Sequence record: NC_091964.1
DNA length: 64,000 nucleotides
Strand: one strand, 5' to 3'
How positions within the stretch are numbered: the first letter of the stretch is position 1; each line of letters begins with the position of its first letter. The translations under genes and the position numbers were made by a program. The notes under the pieces are model-generated. The model saw only the letters and a program-made list of their open reading frames with translations. It made no database searches and was not told the DNA's origin. Shown in pieces: positions 56,115-64,000 of the stretch.

Positions 56115-59100
56115 TTAGTACGACTGGCTCAGAGAACCGGTCAGGAACTCACCGTCCCAGGTGAAGACCAGCAACGTCATCGTGTCGCCGAACGGAGGCT
56201 GAGAACCACCGGACCATTTCAGGTTAGACGGCCAGTTAAACATACCGCCTTTGCCTTTAATCGTCATCGGGATGGTGGTTGCGCGGTTGCTACCAGCGGC
56301 AGGCAGGTTATTGAATGCTACGGTCGTAGCTTTCGTTCCGTCTACCTTGAACCACTGTGCTTTAGAGCAGTCGCACTTACCATCGGTCACGGTAATTACC
56401 TTGACGTCGTACATGTCAAAGATTTCCCACGCCCCATCCTTACGGAAGTAACGATGACCATCGATTGGAGCTTCCTGTACGGCAGGCTCGGTGTACTCAA
56501 CCCAGTTGCCGTAGACCTTCAGGTACTTCTTACCGTCTTTCGGACATTCGTAGACGTTACCGCCACCGAAGGTGCCCAGGTATGCCCATGCAGTGTCAGA
56601 AGTTTTACGGTACAGCTTCTGATCTACAGTAGACATGAAGTAGTCGTTGATACGACCGTCGATGGCAGTTGGGTCACGGTCGAGGATAATGATGATAGTG
56701 CCTTGTTCGCCCTTCTCACCTTTATCGCCCGGATCGCCCTTCTCACCTTTCAGGCCCTGAATACCACGCAGACCCTGGTCGCCTTTCGGCCCTCTGATCT
56801 GACCAACATCGATATACTCGGTGCCGTCCCAGACCCAGAAGTTAACGCCGATCATGTAACCGTCGCCAACCTCGCCGGTAGCGGGCAGATCGCCTTGAGA
56901 GGCTTTCTTACCAAGGATCTTAATCCCGGCACCCATCTCACCCTGAGGACCCTGTTCACCTTCTGGACCAACGAAGTCGCCGAGACTAACCCAGGTAGTA
57001 CCGTCCCACATCTGAAGTTCGGTTTCGACGAATACGCCGTTACCTACAGCCGGATTGGCCGGACGATCTGCTTCGGTTGCAACACGGCCGACGATGGTGA
57101 ATGAAGTACCATCCTTACCGTTCTGGCCATCAGCACCGTCAACACCAGGTTCACCTTTAGGTCCCTGGATACCCTGGATACCACGTACCTCACCGCAATC
57201 GACCCATGCAGCGCCGTTACGGATGTACATGTGACCGTTCTCTTCGACGTTGTACAGCCAACCGTTAGACGGGCTAACAACAGCGTTAAGATCGGCGAGG
57301 GTAGCGAGAACGCCCTTAGCCTGTACCGGTGCACCTACCAGAGATTTGAGCCATGCAGCTTCATCACCCTGGAAACCACCTGCTACAGCTACCTGATAAG
57401 CGGACTTACCGTCAGGACCGATCGGACCTTGCTTACCTTGTGGACCTTCGTCGCCTTTGAGTCCCTGGAAGGAACCACAGTCGATCCAGCTAGCGCCCTG
57501 CCATACGTACAGGTGAGTGCCAACGAAGTATGCGTCAGATACCAGGTTACCGGCAGTAGGGAGGCTCGGAACATCAGCGACCACGCCTTTGAAGTTTACA
57601 GCGCCTGCGGTTTTACCCTGCTCGCCCTGCTTACCTTCTTTACCCTGAATACCGCGCAGATCGCCCATGTCGATCCAGTCGGAACCGTTGTAAACGAACT
57701 GATGACCAGCATCGTCTCCGCCAGTTACGCCATAGGTCCAACCAGCAACCGGGTTCTGGATAGCCAGAAGATCGTTAGAGTCAGCAACTGTTCCTTTCGG
57801 AATCAGAGACGGACCTGGTTTACCTTCAGCCCCTGGATCACCTTTATCGCCTTTAGGTCCACGTGCACCGCGGATGTCACCCATGTCAACGAAGTTAGTA
57901 CCATCGTAAACATATTGGTGGCCAATCTTATCGCCGCCGAGAACGTTATAGGCGTAGCCTGCTTTCGGGCTAGTGACGTTCTGGAGATCAGCAACATCAG
58001 CAACCGTACCACGAGCAGTGATGCCCGGACCGATTAAGGTAGCCAGCCATTCGATGTCAGTGCCCTGGAAGCCCGCTGCTTTAGCGAGTTCGTAGGCGGA
58101 CTTACCATCAATACCGTCTTTACCTGGTTTGCCCTGAGGACCTTCGTCACCCTGGTCACCCTTCTCGCCCTTAGCAGTAAAGACGCCGGTGTCGTACCAG
58201 GTAGAACCAGTCCAGACAAACAGGTGACCTACATCTTCAACCATATAGGCATCAGATACAGTATTACCGGTAGCAGGAAGTGCGGTTTGGGTAGCGATAC
58301 CGCCTTTGAACATAACGGAGCTTGCGTTAGTTCCCGGATCACCTTTTTCACCCTTCTCGCCAGGGTCACCCTTCTCACCCTTAACTTTCAGCGAGAGAAG
58401 CCACTCATCGCGAGTACCGCGGAAGCCCTGGTCGATTGCGATTTCGTACGCATCTTTACCAGCTTTACCTTCCGGACCAACCTGACCAACAGTTGACCAT
58501 GCGGAACCATCCCATACGTACATCTTCTCATCATCACGAATGATGTAAGAGTCGCCGTTGAACTCAGCCTGTTCAGGCAGAAGAGTTTTAGTGTCCAGAG
58601 AACCGATGATACGCAGACCGATGCCGTCAGCCCCTTTCAGGGATTTCAGCCACTCGACTTCAGTACCAACGAAACCATTCAGGACAGCGATCTGGTAAGC
58701 ACTGTTACCGTTAGGACCAGTAAAGTCACCGATGTCAACCCATTCCACACCGATCTTCATGTGGAAGTGTTTACCGACGATATAGGTATCGCCGATTTCG
58801 AAATCAACCGGATCTGGCAGATCTTTCTCGTCGTCGATCAAACCAACGACTTTCATACCTACTGAGTTCTTACCGTCTTCACCTTTCGGACCAGGTTCTC
58901 CTTTGTCACCTTTTTCCGAAGTCGTATAACTCAGGAAGACAGGGACGCCAGTGGAATCGGGAACGTAGATAACGGCAGTGGAGTGGCTATCAGCACCCAG
59001 TGCTTTATAACCAGCAGCCCAGACGTAACGACCTTTCTCGGTCGGCATGACGGAAACGTTACCCTTGGAGGTTTTAGTTGCGTCGATGCGAACGTCGTAG

Positions 59101-59585
59101 GTTTCACTTACGGTCTTAGTGGGTTTAACCCCACTGATTGCGTCGGTGACTTTACTCTGGAAGTCGACTGCGCTGATTTCACCGACTACGGTGTTATCAA
59201 CATCTGGCAGCATCCCGTCTTTACCGTCGTTACCGTCGGCACCGGGATCGCCATCTTTACCTTTATCCCCAGGTTTACCCTGTGGACCTTCATCGCCTTT
59301 CGGCCCAAGGAAGCTGCCTAAGTCATTCCACTTAAGCGTACCGGGATTCTGTGGGTCCTCGCCATACGCCCAGAAATGGCTATCGATCACATAGATCTCG
59401 CCACGCTTGGAATCGGCAGGTGCAGGCAAATCGCCTACAGTGGGCAGAATCCCCTTGAAGTTAGGTCCCAGTGACTCAATCAGTGCGGAGACGGCAATGC
59501 TATAGTTCTTGCCAGCTTTGGCCAGAGCAATAACCTCGTCACCTACTAATTTAGCCAAGGGGGTAAGAGCTGAAATTTTAGCCAT
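56115..59585 (-). CDS. Collagen-like (Gly-X-Y) segmented tail/whisker fibre
   Basis: About 11 Gly-X-Y runs alternating with ~45-aa KG.VA...DLP...WxDxG modules; four AY..A...GF.G...EWLxSL-like units; C-terminal WP..LKWSGG..P domain. Confidence 0.85.
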   Translation of the reverse strand: MAKISALTPLAKLVGDEVIALAKAGKNYSIAVSALIESLGPNFKGILPTVGDLPAPADSKRGEIYVIDSHFWAYGEDPQNPGTLKWNDLGSFLGPKGDEGPQGKPGDKGKDGDPGADGNDGKDGMLPDVDNTVVGEISAVDFQSKVTDAISGVKPTKTVSETYDVRIDATKTSKGNVSVMPTEKGRYVWAAGYKALGADSHSTAVIYVPDSTGVPVFLSYTTSEKGDKGEPGPKGEDGKNSVGMKVVGLIDDEKDLPDPVDFEIGDTYIVGKHFHMKIGVEWVDIGDFTGPNGNSAYQIAVLNGFVGTEVEWLKSLKGADGIGLRIIGSLDTKTLLPEQAEFNGDSYIIRDDEKMYVWDGSAWSTVGQVGPEGKAGKDAYEIAIDQGFRGTRDEWLLSLKVKGEKGDPGEKGEKGDPGTNASSVMFKGGIATQTALPATGNTVSDAYMVEDVGHLFVWTGSTWYDTGVFTAKGEKGDQGDEGPQGKPGKDGIDGKSAYELAKAAGFQGTDIEWLATLIGPGITARGTVADVADLQNVTSPKAGYAYNVLGGDKIGHQYVYDGTNFVDMGDIRGARGPKGDKGDPGAEGKPGPSLIPKGTVADSNDLLAIQNPVAGWTYGVTGGDDAGHQFVYNGSDWIDMGDLRGIQGKEGKQGEQGKTAGAVNFKGVVADVPSLPTAGNLVSDAYFVGTHLYVWQGASWIDCGSFQGLKGDEGPQGKQGPIGPDGKSAYQVAVAGGFQGDEAAWLKSLVGAPVQAKGVLATLADLNAVVSPSNGWLYNVEENGHMYIRNGAAWVDCGEVRGIQGIQGPKGEPGVDGADGQNGKDGTSFTIVGRVATEADRPANPAVGNGVFVETELQMWDGTTWVSLGDFVGPEGEQGPQGEMGAGIKILGKKASQGDLPATGEVGDGYMIGVNFWVWDGTEYIDVGQIRGPKGDQGLRGIQGLKGEKGDPGDKGEKGEQGTIIIILDRDPTAIDGRINDYFMSTVDQKLYRKTSDTAWAYLGTFGGGNVYECPKDGKKYLKVYGNWVEYTEPAVQEAPIDGHRYFRKDGAWEIFDMYDVKVITVTDGKCDCSKAQWFKVDGTKATTVAFNNLPAAGSNRATTIPMTIKGKGGMFNWPSNLKWSGGSQPPFGDTMTLLVFTWDGEFLTGSLSQSY

Positions 59586-59624
59586 GGTTACCTTTCCTTA
59601 CTACGTGGGGTATTAAACAGTTTT

Positions 59625-59649
59625 CAGTTATACATTACTTAAGTGAATA
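59625..59649 (+). promoter_or_regulatory. Putative early promoter motif, copy 3
   Basis: CAGTTATACATTACTTAAGTGAATA, identical to 43429..43453. Confidence 0.7.
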
Positions 59650-59667
59650 AACATCAGGAGTCAAGCT

Positions 59668-60072
59668 ATGTATCCCTCACCTAAGACACAACGCTTTTTG
59701 GTTCGGCTCCATAAAGTGGTCAGTAAAACAAATACAGATCTGCCGGGTAAAAAAGGACTACTCGAATTTCTCGAATCAGTAGAATTTTCAGCTGAGAAAC
59801 TCTACGAGAAATACAATGTCCCAGAAATCGACAGAGGTATTGTAGAACGCTCCTTGGAGTATTTATCCCGCAACAGAACGAGTACTCAACATAGAAGACG
59901 AGAGATTAATGCGTTGGATATGTCTGAATACGAAAAAGCTGTTTACAACGCAATCAACAATGGTGCGACCAGGGATGATCTAATGATTACTCTGAACTTC
60001 GCATTAAAAGAAGACTTGTATAACAGCATCAAACACCAGGAACTAAAAACAATCGTTATGGAAATGCAGTGA
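59668..60072 (+). CDS. Hypothetical protein, probably early
   Basis: SD aggag; first gene after the promoter motif. Confidence 0.65.
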   Translation: MYPSPKTQRFLVRLHKVVSKTNTDLPGKKGLLEFLESVEFSAEKLYEKYNVPEIDRGIVERSLEYLSRNRTSTQHRRREINALDMSEYEKAVYNAINNGATRDDLMITLNFALKEDLYNSIKHQELKTIVMEMQ

Positions 60073-60138
60073 AAAAATAAACAATAAACTCTTTGTTTGA
60101 AATTAACCAGTTTCTTGACCAAGAAGGTAAAATTAGAA

Positions 60139-60933
60139 ATGACTTACAACGAAATTCAAATCAGTGAAGATGGTTTTGTTACTCTTTTAGATAAGGGTGC
60201 TGACGCTATTAAGAGCAGCGCTTTCCTGGTGATCACTCCGGCGATGGTCATTAAGACTCGAGTTCCGGGTCGTAACGACAGCGGTAAGTGCAGCATCATC
60301 ATCAAATCTGCTGGCGAAGAGCACGAAGTTACATATCAGGATCGCACTGCTATGGAACTGGCGGCGGAAGATCTGCGTGAAGCAATGATGGATCGTATCT
60401 GTAGCCTTCGTCGCACTCCGCGCCGCGAGCGTCTGCGTTCAGTGGAAATGGTTCTGCTGAATCCGAACTGCATGCCTACTCAGGGCACTGAAGGTTCTGC
60501 CGGTTACGATTGCTTCATCGATGTAGAAGCAGCCAAGGGCGACTCGAGCCTTAATATCAAGGAAGATACTCTGATCCTTGATCCCGGTCAGGTTGCTCTT
60601 ATCCCTCTTGGCTTTAAGCTGCTCATTGGTAACCCGGACTACGAAGCACGTCTGGTGCCGCGCAGTGGTAAAGGTCACAAGGGACTGGTGCTCGGTAACA
60701 TGACGGGTACAATTGACAGCGACTACGAAGGCGTCTGGAAGATGTCTATGTGGAACCGTACCGGTGCTCCGCTGCATGTCAACCTGAAAGAAGCAGTTTG
60801 TCAGATGGTCTTTGACCGTGTTGAACATCCTCGCTTTATGCTGGTCGATGAGTTTGATTCTTCCAAATCAACGGATCGCGGTGATGGTGGTTTCGGTTCT
60901 ACTGACGCCAAGCGCATCCTGGCTAAGGACTAA
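60139..60933 (+). CDS. dut: Trimeric dUTPase with ~100-aa N-terminal extra domain
   Basis: Motifs AGYD, PRSG, GTIDSDYEG, VCQ, RGDGGFGST. Confidence 0.9.
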   Translation: MTYNEIQISEDGFVTLLDKGADAIKSSAFLVITPAMVIKTRVPGRNDSGKCSIIIKSAGEEHEVTYQDRTAMELAAEDLREAMMDRICSLRRTPRRERLRSVEMVLLNPNCMPTQGTEGSAGYDCFIDVEAAKGDSSLNIKEDTLILDPGQVALIPLGFKLLIGNPDYEARLVPRSGKGHKGLVLGNMTGTIDSDYEGVWKMSMWNRTGAPLHVNLKEAVCQMVFDRVEHPRFMLVDEFDSSKSTDRGDGGFGSTDAKRILAKD

Positions 60934-60935
60934 GC

Positions 60936-61214
60936 ATGAAAAAGCTGCTCGTTAATGCACCAGGCGTAAAAGGCGTGTTCCTCATCACTGCCCCTAGCGG
61001 ATTGTCTACAGAGAATCTGGAAGCTGCCAGTATGATGATCACCGAAGGTAAAATCTACGACGGCTTTAAGAGCTACACTGACGTCGATAATTACCGCCTT
61101 CATACGCTGAAGCCTAACGAACTTCGCGATCTTCGTAAGTTCATCAAAACCACATCGATGGTTGCCCGTAAGATCTCTGCTGACAAACTTCCTGTTTGCT
61201 GGCGTAACCTTTAA
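60936..61214 (+). CDS. Small hypothetical protein
   Basis: 92 aa, 2 nt after the dut stop. Confidence 0.6.
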   Translation: MKKLLVNAPGVKGVFLITAPSGLSTENLEAASMMITEGKIYDGFKSYTDVDNYRLHTLKPNELRDLRKFIKTTSMVARKISADKLPVCWRNL

Positions 61215-61219
61215 TATCG

Positions 61220-61249
61220 GAAGGAGCCTTCGGGCTCCTTCTCTTTTTT
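61220..61249 (+). terminator. Intrinsic terminator (UUCG loop)
   Basis: GAAGGAGCC-TTCG-GGCTCCTTC-TCTTTTTT. Confidence 0.85.
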
Positions 61250-61262
61250 GTCCGGAGTTAAA

Positions 61263-61592
61263 ATGCAACCACGTAAACCTTCACACCCAGGACTGATCTT
61301 AAAAGAAGAGTTCATGGTTCCCCTGGGCATTGACGAGCGCGAGCTCGCACAAATTCTCGGCGTTGTTGAAACTACTATTCAGCAACTTGTTAAGGAAGAG
61401 ACTAAGTTAGGTATTAGTCTCGCTGGTCGTTTAGCGACTTGTTTCGAAACCAGCATCGAGTTCTGGATGAATCTCCAGCACAATCTCGATATCTGGGAAA
61501 TGATGAATGATGGTTCTGTCCAGGCTGCTTGGAAGAAAATCATCACGGCTAAAAATTACGTAGAAACGAGGAATGGAAATGAAAGAACTTAG
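61263..61592 (+). CDS. higA: HigA-family (Xre HTH) antitoxin-like protein (start revised)
   Basis: SHPGLILKEEFMVPLG...LAQILGV...RLATCFETSIEFWMNLQ..D matches the HigA signature; SD ggag. Confidence 0.85.
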   Translation: MQPRKPSHPGLILKEEFMVPLGIDERELAQILGVVETTIQQLVKEETKLGISLAGRLATCFETSIEFWMNLQHNLDIWEMMNDGSVQAAWKKIITAKNYVETRNGNERT

Positions 61593-62001
61593 CGGATGTG
61601 TAAAAGACATTATGTTGGCATTGGCTTTAATTGTCGCTGGTTTGGTAATCTCCAGCGCTAATGCAGATGCTGCTCAGATCGTAGACCAAAACGATCATCT
61701 GGTCTGCCAGAATTGTTACGCTGGCAAAAACATCCTTCTGAACAACGCAGATGAGTCCTACATCTATAACCAGATCGTAGAGACGCCGAACTTTGCCTTC
61801 ATCAAGGAAGATCAAGGTAGTTCTTGCTACGGTGGCGGCTGGAACATTGTTGACAAACGTGTTCCTGAACCGGCGTTGGTTCCTATCGATACTGACTGTA
61901 AAGAGATTACGAAAGCAACTGCTTTTGAATCGGGTAAAACAGTCTTCTTCAAAGTCACGTACTACGGCGGTAAGTCTGTCGTATACGAATATAAAATGTA
62001 G
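61573..62001 (+). CDS. Exported/periplasmic protein with signal peptide and Cys pairs
   Basis: Hydrophobic core LALALIVAGLVI, A-x-A sites (ANA, ADA), four Cys in the mature part. Confidence 0.65.
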   Translation: MEMKELSGCVKDIMLALALIVAGLVISSANADAAQIVDQNDHLVCQNCYAGKNILLNNADESYIYNQIVETPNFAFIKEDQGSSCYGGGWNIVDKRVPEPALVPIDTDCKEITKATAFESGKTVFFKVTYYGGKSVVYEYKM

Positions 62002-62010
62002 GGTGGAGTA

Positions 62011-62262
62011 ATGGAAAGAGATGTTCTGAAGGCATGGGACAATCGTATTGAGATTACGTTTATCTCTGATCCCGGTATGGCCCCTCATCGCGGTACTGAG
62101 CACCGTACTACCACCATCATTTCTCAGTACAAGGATGGGCTTCTAGCACTGGAGAAGAAAGAAGAGGAAGTTACTAATTTCTCTCCTCGTTCTCCTTACC
62201 AATCGCTGGATGAATTACTGGTTAGTCGTTTCCCCGTTATCTCGGAAGGAAGAGTAGAATGA
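62011..62262 (+). CDS. Small hypothetical protein
   Basis: SD ggag; ATGA overlap with the next gene. Confidence 0.6.
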   Translation: MERDVLKAWDNRIEITFISDPGMAPHRGTEHRTTTIISQYKDGLLALEKKEEEVTNFSPRSPYQSLDELLVSRFPVISEGRVE

Positions 62263-62696
62263 GAGACTATCGTCAGATGCTGTTCCAGTTAACGCTCATC
62301 GTTAACGCTATTCGTTACTTCCGCGGAGAATTAATTGGCGCTTGCTTCGAAAGTAGAATCGGTCACCACACCCTAACCGATGTTCCTGGTTATTACGGTG
62401 TGGCACTTAACCCTTCTCTTGGCGATATGCTTCCGCCACTGCCGCCTAATGATAGCGCGCTTTTCAACCGGATAACCATTCACGACAAGACCGGCCTTAA
62501 TTTAAAGACGGAACATCTATTCGGTGGTGGTAATCGTAACGATATCAGCGAACAGGATGCTTTGTGGTGGTGGGGTCAAATTCGTGAATATGTCCTGGCA
62601 AAAGACACACCTTACCCTCGGCTGACGTCCATGTGTGATCTGTACATGGATTATATCGACGGCATTGAAGAAAAATGGCAAGCTATTAATCAATAA
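62259..62696 (+). CDS. Hypothetical protein
   Basis: 145 aa; followed by a terminator. Confidence 0.6.
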   Translation: MRDYRQMLFQLTLIVNAIRYFRGELIGACFESRIGHHTLTDVPGYYGVALNPSLGDMLPPLPPNDSALFNRITIHDKTGLNLKTEHLFGGGNRNDISEQDALWWWGQIREYVLAKDTPYPRLTSMCDLYMDYIDGIEEKWQAINQ

Positions 62697-62728
62697 AAAC
62701 AGGGGCTTCATGCCCCTGTTTTTTTTTT
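62697..62728 (+). terminator. Intrinsic terminator
   Basis: AAACAGGGGC-TTCAT-GCCCCTGTTT-TTTTTTT. Confidence 0.85.
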
Positions 62729-62782
62729 GACATTATTAGAACATCTTATGCTAATACCCATTAACTTTACACGGACACAGCC

Positions 62783-63889
62783 ATGCAATACAGCACTTTT
62801 GACCAACGTAAAAATGACCCATTAAAAGAACCAATGTTCTTTGGTCAGTCAGTCAACGTTTCACGCTATGATCAGCAGAAGTACGAGATCTTCGAAAAGC
62901 TGATTGAAAAACAACTTTCCTTCTTCTGGCGCCCGGAAGAAGTAGATGTCTCTCAGGACCGTATCGACTTCAATGCGTTACCGGACCATGAGAAACACAT
63001 CTTTATCTCCAACCTGAAGTACCAAACTCTTCTGGACTCCATTCAAGGCCGTAGTCCTAACGTCGCGTTGTTACCGTTAGCGTCTCTGCCGGAACTGGAA
63101 ACGTGGATTGAAACCTGGGCGTTCAGTGAAACTATTCACAGCCGTTCCTACACTCACATCATCCGCAACATCGTAAACGACCCGGCACTGATCTTCGATG
63201 ATATCGTTGTCAACGAACATATCCTGGCGCGTGCTAAGCCAATCGCTAAGTACTACGACGACCTGATCGAAATGACGCAGCGCTACAACCTCGATGGTGA
63301 GATGACTGGCGTTAAGCTGCGTGATATCAAAAAGCAGCTCTACATCTGCCTGATGTCAGTTAACGCATTGGAAGCAATTCGCTTCTACGTTTCCTTCGCA
63401 TGTTCGTTCGCGTTCGTTGAACGTAGTCTGATGGAAGGTAACGGTAAGATCATTAAGTTGATCGCTCGCGATGAAGCACTGCACCTGACCGGTACTCAAC
63501 ACATGCTGAACCTACTGCGCAGCGGTGCTGATGATCCTGAAATGGCAGAGATCGCTAAAGAGTGCGAACAGGAATGCTATGATCTGTTCCTGGAAGCAGC
63601 TAATCAGGAAAAAGAGTGGGCCGATTATCTCTTTATCGACGGTTCAATGATCGGTCTGAACAAAGATATCCTGCACAAGTACATCGAGTACATTACGAAC
63701 ATCCGTATGCAGGCTGTAGGGCTCGCTCTGCCGTTTAAAACCAAAGAGAACCCTATCCCATGGATTAACGCTCACCTCGTGTCAGACAACGTACAGGTCG
63801 CACCACAGGAGGTTGAAGTTTCATCCTATCTGGTAGGTCAGATCGATGCTGATGTCAACACAGAAGACTTCGGTGACTTCCAACTATAA
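62783..63889 (+). CDS. nrdB: Class Ia ribonucleotide reductase beta subunit
   Basis: [25 protein letters not shown] (radical Tyr), LEAIRFY, RDEALH, C-terminal [13 protein letters not shown]; closely follows E. coli NrdB. Confidence 0.97.
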   Translation: MQYSTFDQRKNDPLKEPMFFGQSVNVSRYDQQKYEIFEKLIEKQLSFFWRPEEVDVSQDRIDFNALPDHEKHIFISNLKYQTLLDSIQGRSPNVALLPLASLPELETWIETWAFSETIHSRSYTHIIRNIVNDPALIFDDIVVNEHILARAKPIAKYYDDLIEMTQRYNLDGEMTGVKLRDIKKQLYICLMSVNALEAIRFYVSFACSFAFVERSLMEGNGKIIKLIARDEALHLTGTQHMLNLLRSGADDPEMAEIAKECEQECYDLFLEAANQEKEWADYLFIDGSMIGLNKDILHKYIEYITNIRMQAVGLALPFKTKENPIPWINAHLVSDNVQVAPQEVEVSSYLVGQIDADVNTEDFGDFQL

Positions 63890-63898
63890 GGAGGCGTT

Positions 63899-64000
63899 AT
63901 GGAACAGACCAGACTTCCGACGATGCGTATGTATCGTCACTATAAGGGCGGCGAATATCTTCTGATTGCTATTGCTAACGAAGGTTCTGATCGCGAGGGG
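63899..64000 (+). CDS. DUF1653-like protein, 3'-truncated at the window edge
   Basis: SD aggagg; MEQTRLPTMRMYRHYKGGEYLLIAIA contains the YRHYKG..Y signature. Confidence 0.65.
   Translation, partial: MEQTRLPTMRMYRHYKGGEYLLIAIANEGSDREG

Noticed and set aside
56115-59585. Diversity-generating retroelement or invertase-type fibre variation
   Set aside because: Repeats are degenerate at DNA level; no reverse transcriptase, recombinase, template/variable repeat pair or inverted crossover sites in the window.
60936-61214. Calling the 92-aa ORF a HigB toxin
   Set aside because: Only one short motif resembles HigB, the catalytic C-terminal strands are missing and a terminator separates it from higA; left as hypothetical.
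1215-63889. Many 60-340-aa antisense or alternate-frame ORFs in the track (e.g. 24733..25656+, 42287..43003-, 46504..47295-, 56076..57104+, 57231..58037+)
   Set aside because: They shadow well-supported genes on the opposite strand, lack SD sites and recognisable motifs, and reflect codon bias.

Overview
64-kb segment of a phiKZ-like (nucleus-forming, Chimalliviridae-type) jumbo phage, probably with an Enterobacterales host (host-like nrdB). About 1-43.4 kb is the conserved virion/core block: tail fibre with S74 chaperone, putative adhesin, central spike, SbcC, RNase H, RecA-like protein, prohead protease, four virion RNA polymerase subunits (betaN, betaC, beta'N, beta'C), a tape-measure/lytic transglycosylase and a tail-tip protein. 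About 43.4-64 kb is accessory: small-gene operons behind three copies of a near-palindromic promoter-like motif, an HNH endonuclease, a DHH phosphoesterase, tail-decoration genes (Kelch, LamG, collagen fibre), dUTPase, an orphan HigA and nrdB. Top leads: (1) a 49-aa ORF missing from the ORF track that ends in CESGACEI, the NrdA C-terminal redox-shuttle motif; (2) six scattered proteins sharing an N-terminal M[LI]E-x-[LIM]-x tag on different receptor-binding folds; (3) a two-domain adhesin with an internal T2-gp38-like three-Trp module; (4) an ADP-ribosyltransferase-like gene inside the protease/vRNAP operon; (5) a candidate structured RNA at 47.7 kb; (6) an orphan antitoxin. Family calls come from motif recognition by eye; no database searches were run. 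phiKZ gp numbers are recalled homologies. No tRNA, rRNA or CRISPR array was seen.
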